Source: an uncultured Desulfomonile sp.
GTDB lineage: Bacteria; Desulfobacterota; Desulfomonilia; Desulfomonilales; Desulfomonilaceae
NCBI GenBank assembly: GCA_964528855.1
Contig: CAZGVM010000002.1
Location: 1-54,116 of the forward strand
Reading direction: 5' to 3'
DNA length: 54,116 bases
In this document: positions 8,789 to 19,364 of the stretch, in pieces
How positions within the stretch are numbered: the stretch's first letter is position 1
Layout: each line of letters begins with the position of its first letter
The notes under the pieces: model-generated
Databases searched by the model: none
What the model saw: only the letters and a program-made list of their open reading frames with translations
Told to the model about the DNA's origin: nothing
Program-made: the position numbers and the translations under genes

Positions 8789-11569
8789 CTAAACGTTCAT
8801 ATTGGATTTTTCCAAAACCGATGCGCATCTGGGGCACACTTCAGGACTCCGTTCGTTCTTACCGATTTCAGTTGACCAGATCCAGCACCTAGGGCATTTG
8901 GCGCCTTCGGCCTTGCTGACATTGATCTCGGTGGGCCCATCTTCCCCCGACTCTGTCAAAACTAGTTGGGAAACTATGAAAAAACCTTCAGCGTCATCAA
9001 GTTGTCTGAACGAATTTACGATTTCAGTCTTGGCGTTAATCTGTACTTTTGCCTCAAGTGAAGAACCTATCAGCTTGGATGCCCTGGCTTCTTCCAGAGC
9101 CTTGGAGACATCCTGTCTGAGAGATACCATGCCGTCCCAAAGAGCGGTGTCGAATTCCGAAAGCGATTGAGAAACCAGGAGTTCCGGGAAGGCCACCAAG
9201 TGAACACTCGGTATTCCGGATTCCGAATGCCTGAATTCCTGCCACACTTCTTCCGCTGTAAACGACAGGATCGGAGCCATAAGCTTAACAAGCGAGGTGA
9301 GAATTAAATGAAGCGTGGTTTGGGCCGATCGTCTTTTCAGCCCGTCTTTCTCTTCGCAGTAAAGCCTGTCTTTAAGGATATCCAGATAAAGCGATGATAA
9401 ATCCACGGAACAGTAGTTATACAAGGTATGAAAAACAACGTGGAAATCAAAATCCCTGTATGCTCTGATGACCCTTTCGATAATCCAGTTGAGTTTGGTA
9501 AGCGCATATTTATCAAGGGAAGTCAGTTGATCAATATCCACCATGTCCTGGTCCGGATTGAAATCAGACAAATTTCCCAGCAAGAATCTGCATGTGTTTC
9601 TGATTCTCCTGTAAGCCTCGGAAAGCCTTTCGAGAATTTCATTTGAGATCCTGATGTCGTCTCGATAATCCTCTGCCGACACCCACAATCTTAAAATGTC
9701 CGCTCCATATTTATCGATTATCTGTTTAGGTTGGATAACGTTACCCAGGGACTTGGACATCTTCTTGCCCTGGCCATCCACAACAAATCCGTGAGTCAAA
9801 ACTCCCCTGTATGGCGCACATTTTCGTGTCCCGACCGATGTTAGCAAGGCGCTATGGAACCATCCGCGATGTTGATCGCTACCTTCAAGATAGAGATGAG
9901 CCGGGTATTCCAGAGAAGGGCGATGCTCGCAAACTGCGGCCCAGCTGACCCCTGAGTCAAACCATACATCGAGGATGTCGGTTTCCTTGACAAAGGATTC
10001 ACTGTTACAACTCGGGCACCTCAAACCATCAGGGATTAATTGTTCAACTGACGATTCAAACCATATGTCAGCTCCATGCTCTTCAAAAAGTTTTGAAACT
10101 TTTTCGAAAAGTTCTGGTGGAGCCACCACGGAATCACACTCCTTACACCTGACCGCCGTGATCGGCACCCCCCAACTTCGCTGTCGGGAAATGCACCAGT
10201 CCGGTCTGTGCTGAATCATTCCGTAAATTCGGTCTCTGCCCCATTTAGGTATCCAGTTGACTGTGTCAATTGCCTTCAGAGCGTTGGACCTTAAATTGGT
10301 TTTTTCCATGGAAATGAACCACTGATGAGTGGCACGAAAGATGACCGGCTTTTTGCAACGCCAACAGTGAGGATAGCTGTGATTTATGGTCTCAGAGCCT
10401 AGCAGGGCACCATTTTCCTCCAGTTTGGCTATGACGTCCTTGTTGGCGTCAAACACGAACTTGCCCGAAAAATACTCCGCTTCCTTGGTAAAAATGCCGT
10501 TGTCGTCAACAGGCGCATATACTTCAAGATTATATTTCAGCCCTACTTCGTAGTCTTCCTGACCATGACCAGGAGCTATGTGAACACAACCGGCTCCAGT
10601 GTCCAGAGTGACAAACGGGGCCACAATTATCATGGATTCTCTTCCATAAAGAGGATGAGCGCATTTTAGGCCTTCCAGAGATGATCCTCGGAAAGTGGCC
10701 AAGATGCTGTAGCCCTGGACGCCAAAAGCTTCCATGTTCACTGGAACCAGTCTTTCTGCAAGCACCAGTATGCCTTTTTCAGTCTCAACAGCGGCGTAAG
10801 ACTCATCGGGATGAACAGCTATTGCAAGGTTGGCCGGAATGGTCCAGGGTGTCGTGGTCCAGATCACCATGTACACGTTATCTCTGTTTTCCAGTTCTGG
10901 TATCTTCTCCGAGAAATCGTCTATCGCTTTAAATTTTACGAATATCGAGGGAGCTGAAGAATCTGCATATTCTACCTCAGCCTCCGCCAATGCCGTAACG
11001 CAGGATGAACACCAATGGACCGGCTTCTTGCCTCGATAGACAGAACCGTCCTGAAAAAAATTCCCCAGTTCCCGTGCGATGGTAGCCTGGTATTTGTAAT
11101 TCATGGTGAGGTATGGGTCTTCCCATACCCCGAATACACCAAGGCGTTCGAATTCTTCCCGCTGTATTCCGATAAATTGTGTGGCGTATTCGCGGCATTT
11201 CCTGCGAACCTCCACTTCGGTCATGGTCTGTTTCTTTTTACCCAGTTCTTTATCGACCTGATGTTCTATTGGCAAACCGTGACAGTCCCAGCCTGGAACA
11301 TAATCAGAGTCAAATCCGGCCATAAACTTTGACTTGACTATCATGTCCTTGAGTATTTTGTTCAGAGCTGTTCCCAGATGAATGTGACCATTGGCGTAAG
11401 GAGGTCCGTCGTGAAGAATATATTTTGGGCGACCCTCGGAAGCTTTTAATATTTCAGCGTAGATTTGCCCTTCCTGCCACCTTTTGAGAAATTCCGGCTC
11501 TCGCTTGGGCAAGTTCGCTCTCATTGGAAAAGTTGTGTTAGGTAAATTCAGCGTGTCTTTGTAATCCAT
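8789..11569 (-). CDS. ileS: Isoleucine--tRNA ligase
   Basis: HIGH region ([12 protein letters not shown]), KMSKS (KKMSKSLGN) and a C-terminal CPRC...CPRC zinc ribbon. I moved the start from the ORF-track 11605 to ATG 11569 ([10 protein letters not shown]), preceded by GGAGGAG. Confidence 0.95.
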   Translation of the reverse strand: MDYKDTLNLPNTTFPMRANLPKREPEFLKRWQEGQIYAEILKASEGRPKYILHDGPPYANGHIHLGTALNKILKDMIVKSKFMAGFDSDYVPGWDCHGLPIEHQVDKELGKKKQTMTEVEVRRKCREYATQFIGIQREEFERLGVFGVWEDPYLTMNYKYQATIARELGNFFQDGSVYRGKKPVHWCSSCVTALAEAEVEYADSSAPSIFVKFKAIDDFSEKIPELENRDNVYMVIWTTTPWTIPANLAIAVHPDESYAAVETEKGILVLAERLVPVNMEAFGVQGYSILATFRGSSLEGLKCAHPLYGRESMIIVAPFVTLDTGAGCVHIAPGHGQEDYEVGLKYNLEVYAPVDDNGIFTKEAEYFSGKFVFDANKDVIAKLEENGALLGSETINHSYPHCWRCKKPVIFRATHQWFISMEKTNLRSNALKAIDTVNWIPKWGRDRIYGMIQHRPDWCISRQRSWGVPITAVRCKECDSVVAPPELFEKVSKLFEEHGADIWFESSVEQLIPDGLRCPSCNSESFVKETDILDVWFDSGVSWAAVCEHRPSLEYPAHLYLEGSDQHRGWFHSALLTSVGTRKCAPYRGVLTHGFVVDGQGKKMSKSLGNVIQPKQIIDKYGADILRLWVSAEDYRDDIRISNEILERLSEAYRRIRNTCRFLLGNLSDFNPDQDMVDIDQLTSLDKYALTKLNWIIERVIRAYRDFDFHVVFHTLYNYCSVDLSSLYLDILKDRLYCEEKDGLKRRSAQTTLHLILTSLVKLMAPILSFTAEEVWQEFRHSESGIPSVHLVAFPELLVSQSLSEFDTALWDGMVSLRQDVSKALEEARASKLIGSSLEAKVQINAKTEIVNSFRQLDDAEGFFIVSQLVLTESGEDGPTEINVSKAEGAKCPRCWIWSTEIGKNERSPEVCPRCASVLEKSNMNV

Positions 11570-11630
11570 TATTCTCCTCCGACTAAACCTGAAAAAAGGG
11601 CGCAATCGTATGCCTGTCTGTAAACAATTA

Positions 11631-11658
11631 AGTTTACCAGTTCATCTTTCAAAGTCAA
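11631..11658 (-). promoter_or_regulatory. Possible sigma70-like promoter for ileS-lspA
   Basis: On the minus strand: TTGACT (11658-11653), 16-nt spacer, TAAACT (11636-11631). This is a weak call. Confidence 0.3.
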
Positions 11659-11948
11659 TAAAATAGTCGAATTCACTCTGATTCCAAGGACTTGACATTA
11701 ACTACGTTGTGGTTTCCCGTGTCAGAGCAGAATCTCCTGTGTTTGGCCGGAAATTCTTCGCCCGCAGTAGAGAAATCGTCTCCCTCTGAATCTCTAAATC
11801 CAGGTTGGATTTGAACTGGTGGTAAAAACCTCTTGCACATCTCCAATTAACTGCTCGTCACTGTATCGGGCGCCGAAATCGGAATTTTTTAATGAATATC
11901 GCCTTGATATGGCATGGGAATTGGATTCATGATATTAGTGGGTCCAAG

Positions 11949-13469
11949 ATGAACCCGACATTCCTCAAATCGTTACTGGTCATTTTGTTGTGTATTTCTA
12001 ACTCGTTCTGCGTCTTTCGGCTAAACAATGAGGATAGCTCATCAATAAAAAATCTTGAAGGCTACGGAAACCTTGGAAAATTCGCCTTCAAAGAGGCTTG
12101 GTACGGCATCTACTTTCAGGAAGACAAGGTGGGGTATAGTCATTTCAGAATTGAACCATCGGGAGACAATTTCATTATTCACAGTGATTCGGTCATAAGA
12201 CTGACTGCGCTAAAAAAGACGAATCAGATAAAAATGGAGGAAAAAGTATTCGTCAAACCGAATCTTACGTTGATTTCATTTGAATCGTCAGTGGGAATGA
12301 ATGACAAGAATCTGGAGATTACGGGTAAAAACGAGAGTGGCAAGCTGCTGGTAAATATGACGGCGTCAGGTGAGAAGATGGAGCGATCCTATGATGTCGA
12401 TGGCGCCCTCTATCACTCAAGCGCCATTTCCCTGATGCCGGCTTTAAAGGGTTTGAGTGAGGAGGCTTCAAATTCTTTTGTAGTTTTTAACCCGGAAAAA
12501 CAGTCCATGGAGACGGTGGATCAATTGATTACCAAAGTGTCTGGAACCCCTGGACCAAATGACGCAGTCTGGAAGACACGCAACAAATTTGGAACGACAG
12601 TAGTAAATTCCTGGTTGAATCGGCAGGGTTTGACGGTGCTGGAAAAAGCCCTTGACGGATCACTGATAACGGTCTTGGAAGATGAATCAATGGCCAGGGA
12701 GTTTTTGAACAAAAAGGCCCAGCAAAAAGATTTGATACTGGATCTGAGCCTCGTAAAATCTCCGAGACCCATAATGAAACCCTCGGGGACGCGATCACTT
12801 TCAGTCGTTATTCACGGTGTCGATCCATCTCTTTTTCCTGAGGATCATCGACAAAAAATAACGACAACGGGTAAGGACGTGGCTCCAGGGAGTTTTAAAC
12901 TGGAGGTGGTCGTCGAAAATACAGCCAACTTCGTGCGCAAGAAAAAAAAACAAAAGGAATCCGACACTGAGATGCCTCAAGACTTTGACCGTGAAAAGGA
13001 TTTGGCCTCCACATTTGGCATTCAGTCGGACAACCCCATCATAATGAAGCAAGCCAGTTCCATTATTTCGCCGCAAGACCCGGATTTTGAACGTGTTGTA
13101 AAATTGGTCAACTGGACCTCAGACAATATCAGGAAGAGCATGAGAGACTCTTTCACCGCACTGGAAGTCCTTCAAACGATGGAAGGCGAATGTCAATCTC
13201 ATGCAGGCCTCTACACGGCTATGGCCCGCTCTCTTAAAATCCCCACCAGAATCATCACGGGACTTGTTTACTCTGATGGATTGGGCTTCCTGTATCATGC
13301 TTGGGCTGAGTCATACGTCGATGGATGGTTGTCTGTAGATCCGACCCTCAAACAGACCCCATCTGACGCCACCCACATAAAAATAGGAAACAGCGCTGAT
13401 GGATCTTCTTCTAACGCCGTGCTCAAAATGGTCGGAAAACTTAAAATTGAATCTATTGATTATCATTAA
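11949..13469 (+). CDS. Secreted transglutaminase-like (Cys-protease fold) domain protein
   Basis: I prefer ATG 11949 (MNPTFLKSLLVILLCISNSFC, a signal peptide). The C-terminal transglutaminase core is GECQSHAGLY...FLYHAWAE...SVDPT (Cys-His-Asp). Confidence 0.75.
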   Translation: MNPTFLKSLLVILLCISNSFCVFRLNNEDSSSIKNLEGYGNLGKFAFKEAWYGIYFQEDKVGYSHFRIEPSGDNFIIHSDSVIRLTALKKTNQIKMEEKVFVKPNLTLISFESSVGMNDKNLEITGKNESGKLLVNMTASGEKMERSYDVDGALYHSSAISLMPALKGLSEEASNSFVVFNPEKQSMETVDQLITKVSGTPGPNDAVWKTRNKFGTTVVNSWLNRQGLTVLEKALDGSLITVLEDESMAREFLNKKAQQKDLILDLSLVKSPRPIMKPSGTRSLSVVIHGVDPSLFPEDHRQKITTTGKDVAPGSFKLEVVVENTANFVRKKKKQKESDTEMPQDFDREKDLASTFGIQSDNPIIMKQASSIISPQDPDFERVVKLVNWTSDNIRKSMRDSFTALEVLQTMEGECQSHAGLYTAMARSLKIPTRIITGLVYSDGLGFLYHAWAESYVDGWLSVDPTLKQTPSDATHIKIGNSADGSSSNAVLKMVGKLKIESIDYH

Positions 13470-13481
13470 CTCTCTGTATGC

Positions 13482-13510
13482 TTGATAAATATTTCGGGAA
13501 CAAATATAAT
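13482..13510 (+). promoter_or_regulatory. Strong sigma70-like promoter candidate for the SelW-like gene
   Basis: TTGATA (13482-13487), exactly 17 nt, then TATAAT (13505-13510). It lies ~45 nt upstream of ATG 13554. Confidence 0.6.
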
Positions 13511-13553
13511 GCTGAGTTGATGAATGACTTTTTCTACCCAGGAGTATATTCTA

Positions 13554-13784
13554 ATGGCGGATTGCAAAATCACCTATTGCGGCAGTTGAAACTATCGACC
13601 AAGGGCCGCTAGTTTGGCGGAAGACCTCAAAAAGGAATTTGGTTTCGACATAGAGCTTGTTCAATCGAGTGGCGGTATCTTTGATGTTGAATATGGTGGC
13701 AAAATCATTTTTTCGAAAAAAGAAGTCGGGCGTTTTCCCGATTTGGGTGAAGTGCCAAAAATCATCAAAAAAATTAAAGATTGA
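13554..13784 (+). CDS. selW: SelW/Rdx-family selenoprotein (76 aa, Sec encoded by UGA 13587-13589)
   Basis: My own translation: MADCKITYCGS-U-NYRPRAASLAEDLKKEFGFDIELVQSSGGIFDVEYGGKIIFSKKEVGRFPDLGEVPKIIKKIKD*. It has the CxxU redox motif (CGSU) and the family hallmarks (...GGxFxV...GRFP...). GGAG lies 9 nt upstream of the ATG and a hairpin starts at the UGA. The ORF track misses this gene because of the in-frame TGA. Confidence 0.85.
13589..13615 (+). promoter_or_regulatory. Candidate bacterial SECIS hairpin
   Basis: AAACUA (13589-13594) pairs with UAGUUU (13610-13615). Inner CG/CG and CC/GG pairs surround a small G-containing apical loop. The hairpin begins at the last base of the UGA codon. 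Confidence 0.5.
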
Positions 13785-13847
13785 ACCGGTCTGTCCACCC
13801 ATACAAAACCAGGTTGATTTAAACGATTGAACTATTGCGGAAACAAC

Positions 13848-14321
13848 ATGATAGTAGAGTGTCCACACTGCAGCCAGTTGTTACAGACTGCCCAGTCTAG
13901 TCTGTCCGACATTCATGACCTGAATGTCAGATGCCCGCTATGCTCCGGTGAGGGAACGCTTGCTGGAGTCGGCTCAGAAAAAGATCTGTCTCCCGTCAGT
14001 CAAGGGATCAGGAAAAATCAGACGCGTAAAGCCGATGATGCGCTAAAAGCCCAGACTTTGCCTTCTGACTTGACCATTCCGGAAGATGCTTTCAATCATT
14101 TCAGATTCCCTGCTGAAACTGAAGCGTTACGCACGAGAGCGCCCCGTTTTGGCAAATCCTTCCGAAAGCCGCTGTTCGCCTTGGCGTCTATTCTGGTGGT
14201 CATTTTATTTGCGGCGCTGGTAAATATCATCTTGCCTGGCCCGCGTCCATACAGTTTAGAACAAACCGGTCTACCGGTGGATGTCAACTTCAACGAGAGT
14301 TCGGGTGTCGTAAATCGTTAG
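13848..14321 (+). CDS. Zinc-ribbon (CPxC...CPxC) protein with C-terminal TM anchor
   Basis: I prefer ATG 13848 (MIVECPHCSQ...VRCPLCSG). A hydrophobic segment LFALASILVVILFAALVNIIL lies near the C-terminus. No family assignment. Confidence 0.55.
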   Translation: MIVECPHCSQLLQTAQSSLSDIHDLNVRCPLCSGEGTLAGVGSEKDLSPVSQGIRKNQTRKADDALKAQTLPSDLTIPEDAFNHFRFPAETEALRTRAPRFGKSFRKPLFALASILVVILFAALVNIILPGPRPYSLEQTGLPVDVNFNESSGVVNR

Positions 14322-14374
14322 ACCGGCCGTTTGGTCGAAGCGCATGAGTCGTTAACATATCTGAGGAACCTGAT

Positions 14375-15541
14375 TTGTTACTCAATCGTGAAATCCAGGA
14401 AAAACGCGAGCGCGAATACCTAGCCGGTTACGCCATACTCTCGGAGAAGAGTCAGGGTCGGTCCAGGCCCGAAAAAGAGTGTCAATTCAGGACATCGTTC
14501 CAGAGGGACAGGGATAGAATAATACATTCTAAGGCATTCAGGAGACTCGAGTACAAAACGCAGGTATTTGCATATTATGAGGGAGACCATTACAGAACGA
14601 GGTTGACGCACACGCTTGAGGCTGCTCAGATAGCCCGCAGCATTGCCCAGTATGTCGGAGCAAATGAGGATCTTACCCATGCCATCGCCCTGGCTCATGA
14701 TCTGGGTCACACACCCTTTGGACATGCAGGAGAACAATCACTTCACGCGTTGATGCGTGATTTCGGCGGGTTTGAACATAACCGGCAATCCCTGAGGGTA
14801 GTAGATTTACTCGAAACCCGGTATCCCGATTTTCCAGTACTCAACCTTACTTTTGAAACACGAGCCGGCATAATACGACACTCAACCATCTATGATCACG
14901 CCCCCGAAGAAGACATTAAGGAGTTCTCCAGGACTCCGCAACCTTCCATGGAGACACAGATAGTTAATCGCGCCGACGAAATAGCATATAGCTGTCATGA
15001 CATAGAAGATGGTTTAAGGTCCGGTTTTTTTGAGGAATCCGATCTGGAAGAACTAGACATCTGGAAATTCATCACATCCGCTGTAAAGGATTTCTGCGAT
15101 CGAGCAGACAAGGATACGTTCAGGTATCAGTGCATTAGAGTTTTGATTGACCGCTTGATCAGGGACCTGGTCGTTCAGACAGAGGAAAATGTCTCCAGGC
15201 AAGCAATAGATTCACCAGAAGTGGTAATGAACCTGGAATTCATCGTGGTAAATTTCTCCAGAACAATGCTCGGCTGGAAAAAACAGTTGGATGAATTCCT
15301 TTATCAGAAATTCTACACGCATCACAAGCTCATGAGAATGCAATACAAAGCTAACAGGCTCCTAAGGGATCTATTCCTCGAGTATGTAGAGAGACCCTTC
15401 CAGTTGCCGCCCGGGGTTCAAAAACGAATTCATGATGGGGCAGAATCCCGTGAGAGAATAGTGTGCGATTATATAGCCGGAATGACTGACAGGTTTGCAC
15501 TTTACGAACACAGAAAGTTATTTTTGCCCTATGAATACTGA
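14375..15541 (+). CDS. dgt: dGTP triphosphohydrolase-like HD-domain protein
   Basis: 388 aa with FQRDRDRIIHSKAFRRLEYKTQV, RLTHTLE and LAHDLGHTPFGH motifs. TTG start. Confidence 0.85.
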   Translation: MLLNREIQEKREREYLAGYAILSEKSQGRSRPEKECQFRTSFQRDRDRIIHSKAFRRLEYKTQVFAYYEGDHYRTRLTHTLEAAQIARSIAQYVGANEDLTHAIALAHDLGHTPFGHAGEQSLHALMRDFGGFEHNRQSLRVVDLLETRYPDFPVLNLTFETRAGIIRHSTIYDHAPEEDIKEFSRTPQPSMETQIVNRADEIAYSCHDIEDGLRSGFFEESDLEELDIWKFITSAVKDFCDRADKDTFRYQCIRVLIDRLIRDLVVQTEENVSRQAIDSPEVVMNLEFIVVNFSRTMLGWKKQLDEFLYQKFYTHHKLMRMQYKANRLLRDLFLEYVERPFQLPPGVQKRIHDGAESRERIVCDYIAGMTDRFALYEHRKLFLPYEY

Positions 15542-15574
15542 TATTTGAAATGAGGTGTTTTGCCCCTGCAGGCA

Positions 15575-16264
15575 TTACTCTGATTTGGAAACCATCCTCT
15601 TTTTAGCCTCTTCAAAGTCTTCTGGCGTGTTGACATTCATGATGAAATCAAAAGCCGGATCGAACTTCCTGATACAATTTTCAGAAACTTCATAGGTATC
15701 CACTTCATTGAAAAGATGTTTGATTTTAAGGTCATCTCCTGTCAGCAATTTTTTTATGTGAGGGAGACATTTTTTCGAGTAAATGGCGTGCATTGGCTCA
15801 AGATGACCTTTAACTTTGGGAATCACAATGTCATGGTTGTCAAGATTGGAAAGCATGACATCTATGATTCTGGTGTCAAGAAAAGGCATGTCACAAGGCA
15901 CGAAGAAGCTATGATGATTTTTTGCCCTGATTAATCCGGTATACAATCCGCCCAAAGATCCTTTACCAGGAATAACGTCCCTGAAAAGGGGCTTCCCCAA
16001 AAACTCATAATTCTCCGGATTGTTGGTGATTATGATAGTCTCGTCGAAAAGGGCGTTCAGGACTTCTATTTCGCGTTCAATGATTGATTTTCCGTTAATC
16101 TTCAAAAGCGCTTTGTTGACTCCGCCCATTCTTGAAGCTTTTCCACCGGCCAATATGACAGCAGTAATCTTCCTGGGCCGGTTAAAAGTTCCTGAATCTA
16201 TGGAAAGGTAATCACCGGAATTGATCGACGAAGCCTTGTCATATTTGTGTTTGGTCTGATTCAT
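15575..16264 (-). CDS. mobA: Molybdenum cofactor guanylyltransferase
   Basis: 229 aa with AVILAGGKASRMGG.NKALL and MobA-like sequence thereafter. About 33 extra N-terminal residues precede the conserved start. Confidence 0.8.
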   Translation of the reverse strand: MNQTKHKYDKASSINSGDYLSIDSGTFNRPRKITAVILAGGKASRMGGVNKALLKINGKSIIEREIEVLNALFDETIIITNNPENYEFLGKPLFRDVIPGKGSLGGLYTGLIRAKNHHSFFVPCDMPFLDTRIIDVMLSNLDNHDIVIPKVKGHLEPMHAIYSKKCLPHIKKLLTGDDLKIKHLFNEVDTYEVSENCIRKFDPAFDFIMNVNTPEDFEEAKKRMVSKSE

Positions 16265-16317
16265 TTTCCAAGAATTTTACATCAATTCTGTTGCCACGGC
16301 AATTCAGGCGCCATAAA

Positions 16318-16590
16318 ATGAAAGAAAAATTTAATAAAGGACGCCAAGTGGACGATCAAAAGATTTTATCAAGCGATGACGGTTTTGGAGCAGTGACAAT
16401 GTGCCCTGGAGGGGTCGTTCACGTTAATCTTCCACATTATACGCTAAAATTTCTGCCATCCGAGTTTGAGAGATTTTCAGACCTCATAGCCAAGGCCAGA
16501 ATGAATCAGGATCGACCAAGAAAACCTGATCAGAGACCGAAACTGCAACTGGTAAGTTCAGAGGATGAAGAGGAAGACACTAAAAAATAA
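16318..16590 (+). CDS. Hypothetical protein (90 aa), acidic/basic C-terminal tail
   Basis: The ORF is open from TTG 16291. I prefer ATG 16318. No recognisable motif. Confidence 0.4.
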   Translation: MKEKFNKGRQVDDQKILSSDDGFGAVTMCPGGVVHVNLPHYTLKFLPSEFERFSDLIAKARMNQDRPRKPDQRPKLQLVSSEDEEEDTKK

Positions 16591-16597
16591 TTGTGGG

Positions 16598-16626
16598 ACT
16601 CTGGCCTCTTTGGGCGGGGCCAGAGT
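16598..16626. terminator. Hairpin between convergent genes (terminator-like)
   Basis: ACTCTGGCC (16598-16606) pairs with GGCCAGAGT (16618-16626), with an 11-nt loop. The flanking T/A runs are only modest. Confidence 0.5.
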
Positions 16627-16636
16627 TTCCCATGCG

Positions 16637-18538
16637 TCATTCAAATGAAAATATTTTTTCTTCCCCTCCCGGAGGAGTTATAAACAGCTGAAGACCGTTG
16701 GCGCCTGTTGTCTGCATGTAATCCAGGAACATTTCGTGGCTCCCCACAGTCAGCTCTACGGATCCGGACTGGTCAATGACCTTTTGTCCAGCGCCTTCTG
16801 CATTGACCACTATTTTCTTCCCAATTATCAGTCTGGCGGCGTCGTCACAGACGATCCTGAATTTGTATGTGCCTGTTTCCTGTTCGGTCAATGAAAATTT
16901 TACATAAAATCTTATACCCAGCCACTCATCCCGTTTAGGTATACCAGGAAATTCCCTTGATCCGCGGTTCACTGGATAATCTATGGCCTTGGAGAAGAAC
17001 ATACCCGCTGGTGAAAGTTTATTGAAATTAGGCAATTTTTTGGTGTTTGGCGTCAGGAAATACACGAATGCCGGTATCAGATTGACCTGACCCGTTTCAG
17101 CGGCAAAACCTTCCAGATTTCTGGACGGATTGAAGAGTTCTTCGGATCTGATCGGGGATGTCACAAACAACTGAAGCTTTGGGTCGCCCTGAGCATTGAA
17201 ATAGTCCACGGAAACCGGATAGCTGCCCTGTTGCAGGAATGCCCATCCGATCGAGCCTTCACTATCTGGTTTAGTCCCTTTTGGAGATTCTATTATCGCG
17301 CTTTTCCCGATCGTCAGCTTTGCGAAATTGTTGGACTGCATTCGGAAAGCAAAAATTCCGGCCCCTGTGACATTGAAAAAACCCTGAAACCTTACCGCCA
17401 CCATGTCTCTGCGACCTGGTATTCCCGGTATGGAGGGGCCTCCTTTTATGTCCAGTTCCGGAGTGATAAGTCTTCCAATCGGGGCCAATTTTGAAAAATC
17501 AGGCCCTTCAGGGTAATTGCCCTGTGGAACAAAATACACCTGTCCCCACAAAACGTCATAGGGTTTTTCAGGCTCCTTCCATCCCACCAGCCCCGTGTTT
17601 ATTGAGAATGGCTGCTCTTCTCCCTCAGGACCCTGAACAAAAAGTTTAAGCGTTGGAGCGCCTTTCGAATTAAAACTATCGACAATTATGGAATGCATTC
17701 CCTCGGCCAGATGGACAAATCCCGTCTTTGCCAAGGGCTCATGAATACCATCGTTTTCAACTAGGGTTTTGTCATCTATGTGTAATCTTACCCCATCTTT
17801 TGACTGAATTCTAAATTTGAAGATGCCCTCTCCCGATACCAGAAAGTTGGCCATGAAACGCAGACCAATGCCGTCTGTGTTTTCCGGAAGCCCGGGCAAA
17901 TTTGACCTGAAACTGGAAGGATCAATGTCAATTTTGTCTACAAAAAGAATTTTAGTTGGCCTAAACGCGCTGAAATCGGGCAATGCCATAATGTTGTCGG
18001 GTAATTTGTATACGTTCACAGTAAAAGTGGCCTGCCTTGGAGCCGAGGATTCAAGCGCAGCCAAAGGCCCTGTTTTTTGTTGAGCCGGTTTTTCCGATCG
18101 TTTTGATGACTCAGCTTCAGTCGTATCAGTTGATGAACGGGGTCCTTCTTTGGTTAAGGTATCCTGTTTGGGACCAGTTTTTTGTCTTGTCGGGCCAAAC
18201 GGACCGTCACTCTCGGAAGAAGGAGAGCGTTTAAGACCGGGGTGAACCCCAAACAGCGAACTGAGGGGACGATCTTCATCAACCTTGCTCCTGACTCCGA
18301 CCTCTTCACGCGTGTCAGTTTCCGCGGCTTCTCTCTCCGGAACCCCTAGCGGTGGAGCCGGACTGGATTCGACATGAAAAGACTCTATTTGCTCTGGAGG
18401 AAAACTCAAAGGTACTTTTTGAGTTGGACCACTCTTTTTCTTTATCACCAGGAAGTCTTCAGCCATTGAGGTCGGCGCCCCGTACAGAAAAACAAATCCC
18501 AGGAAAACGAAAAGTAATAATGACAAAAATTTCTTCAT
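16637..18538 (-). CDS. Secreted protein with three tandem PA14-like domains
   Basis: Signal peptide MKKFLSLLLFVFLGFVFLYGAPTSMA, then a Pro/Ser/Glu-rich linker. Three ~140-aa repeats follow, each with a PA14-like core (GIFKFRIQSKDGVRLHIDDK / GIFAFRMQSNNFAKLTIGKS / GTYKFRIVCDDAARLIIGKK) and an ...LQLF(V/I)T.P..EE ending. Confidence 0.7.
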   Translation of the reverse strand: MKKFLSLLLFVFLGFVFLYGAPTSMAEDFLVIKKKSGPTQKVPLSFPPEQIESFHVESSPAPPLGVPEREAAETDTREEVGVRSKVDEDRPLSSLFGVHPGLKRSPSSESDGPFGPTRQKTGPKQDTLTKEGPRSSTDTTEAESSKRSEKPAQQKTGPLAALESSAPRQATFTVNVYKLPDNIMALPDFSAFRPTKILFVDKIDIDPSSFRSNLPGLPENTDGIGLRFMANFLVSGEGIFKFRIQSKDGVRLHIDDKTLVENDGIHEPLAKTGFVHLAEGMHSIIVDSFNSKGAPTLKLFVQGPEGEEQPFSINTGLVGWKEPEKPYDVLWGQVYFVPQGNYPEGPDFSKLAPIGRLITPELDIKGGPSIPGIPGRRDMVAVRFQGFFNVTGAGIFAFRMQSNNFAKLTIGKSAIIESPKGTKPDSEGSIGWAFLQQGSYPVSVDYFNAQGDPKLQLFVTSPIRSEELFNPSRNLEGFAAETGQVNLIPAFVYFLTPNTKKLPNFNKLSPAGMFFSKAIDYPVNRGSREFPGIPKRDEWLGIRFYVKFSLTEQETGTYKFRIVCDDAARLIIGKKIVVNAEGAGQKVIDQSGSVELTVGSHEMFLDYMQTTGANGLQLFITPPGGEEKIFSFE

Positions 18539-18701
18539 TGGCTCACCTCACCTACTAAGAAGCGGGAGCGAAGGGTCCCCGAAAAAAGGCCCGCATTTCT
18601 TGTTTTAATACGTGAAAGGTTAACTCTCATAATACTTTCAAAACAGGACAATTTGACAATCCGGAAATTGCCAAAAAAACGGCGTCTCTGAGATTCATCA
18701 T

Positions 18702-19358
18702 TCACTGCGCTCCAGCCATTCTAGTCAAGGCCATCTCATTGTTCAGACTGTTTCTTGAGCACTTCAAGGGATTCGTCGAGAGTCTATTATAAACAGTAAG
18801 CACTTTTTTGACAAATCTGGAAGCCGGTTCAGAGCCTTCCAGTTTTCGAACCCCTCCTGGACCTATGTTGTAAGCTGCCAGCGCCAGGAAAGTTGAGTTA
18901 TCGTATTTTGAATATCTTTCGAAACAATGCCTGAGGTAGGCTGCGCCAGCCATCACGTTCTGGTAAGGGTCCCATGGATTAGTGACTCCCTGCACTTCCA
19001 GCACTATCGGACGGAGTTGCATCAAACCCTTGGCGTTCCTGTTAGACCGGATTTTAGACCTGAAACTGGATTCCACGAAGGCAACCGAAGCGAGAAAAAA
19101 AGGGTCTATTTCGAACTCGTGACCTGCCTGGAACAGCACTCTGGCATGATGCGCTTCACCTCCGAGCGCAAGCACCGTTTCTCTCAGTCTGCTGAAAAGA
19201 ACATGAGGGCTTTCGCGTTTAACGGATTTTTTGTATTTGAATGAAACCAAAATGTCTTGCCCTATGCCGGAAGAATGTTTGTGTTCATGGGCCACGACGT
19301 CACAGACGGCTATTGTTAAAATTGTCAGGAACGCGATCACTGGTGTTTTAGACATCAT
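18702..19358 (-). CDS. Lytic transglycosylase (SLT domain), secreted
   Basis: 218 aa with a signal peptide and the motifs VESSF (catalytic Glu), GLMQL and AYNIGPG. Confidence 0.8.
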   Translation of the reverse strand: MMSKTPVIAFLTILTIAVCDVVAHEHKHSSGIGQDILVSFKYKKSVKRESPHVLFSRLRETVLALGGEAHHARVLFQAGHEFEIDPFFLASVAFVESSFRSKIRSNRNAKGLMQLRPIVLEVQGVTNPWDPYQNVMAGAAYLRHCFERYSKYDNSTFLALAAYNIGPGGVRKLEGSEPASRFVKKVLTVYNRLSTNPLKCSRNSLNNEMALTRMAGAQ

Positions 19359-19364
19359 AATTTA

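Noticed and set aside
13551-13868. 105-aa minus-strand ORF from the ORF track
   Set aside because: It is antisense to the SelW-like gene. The plus strand here has an SD sequence, a promoter, family-typical sequence and a CxxU motif. The minus-strand translation has no recognisable features, so I treat it as a shadow ORF.
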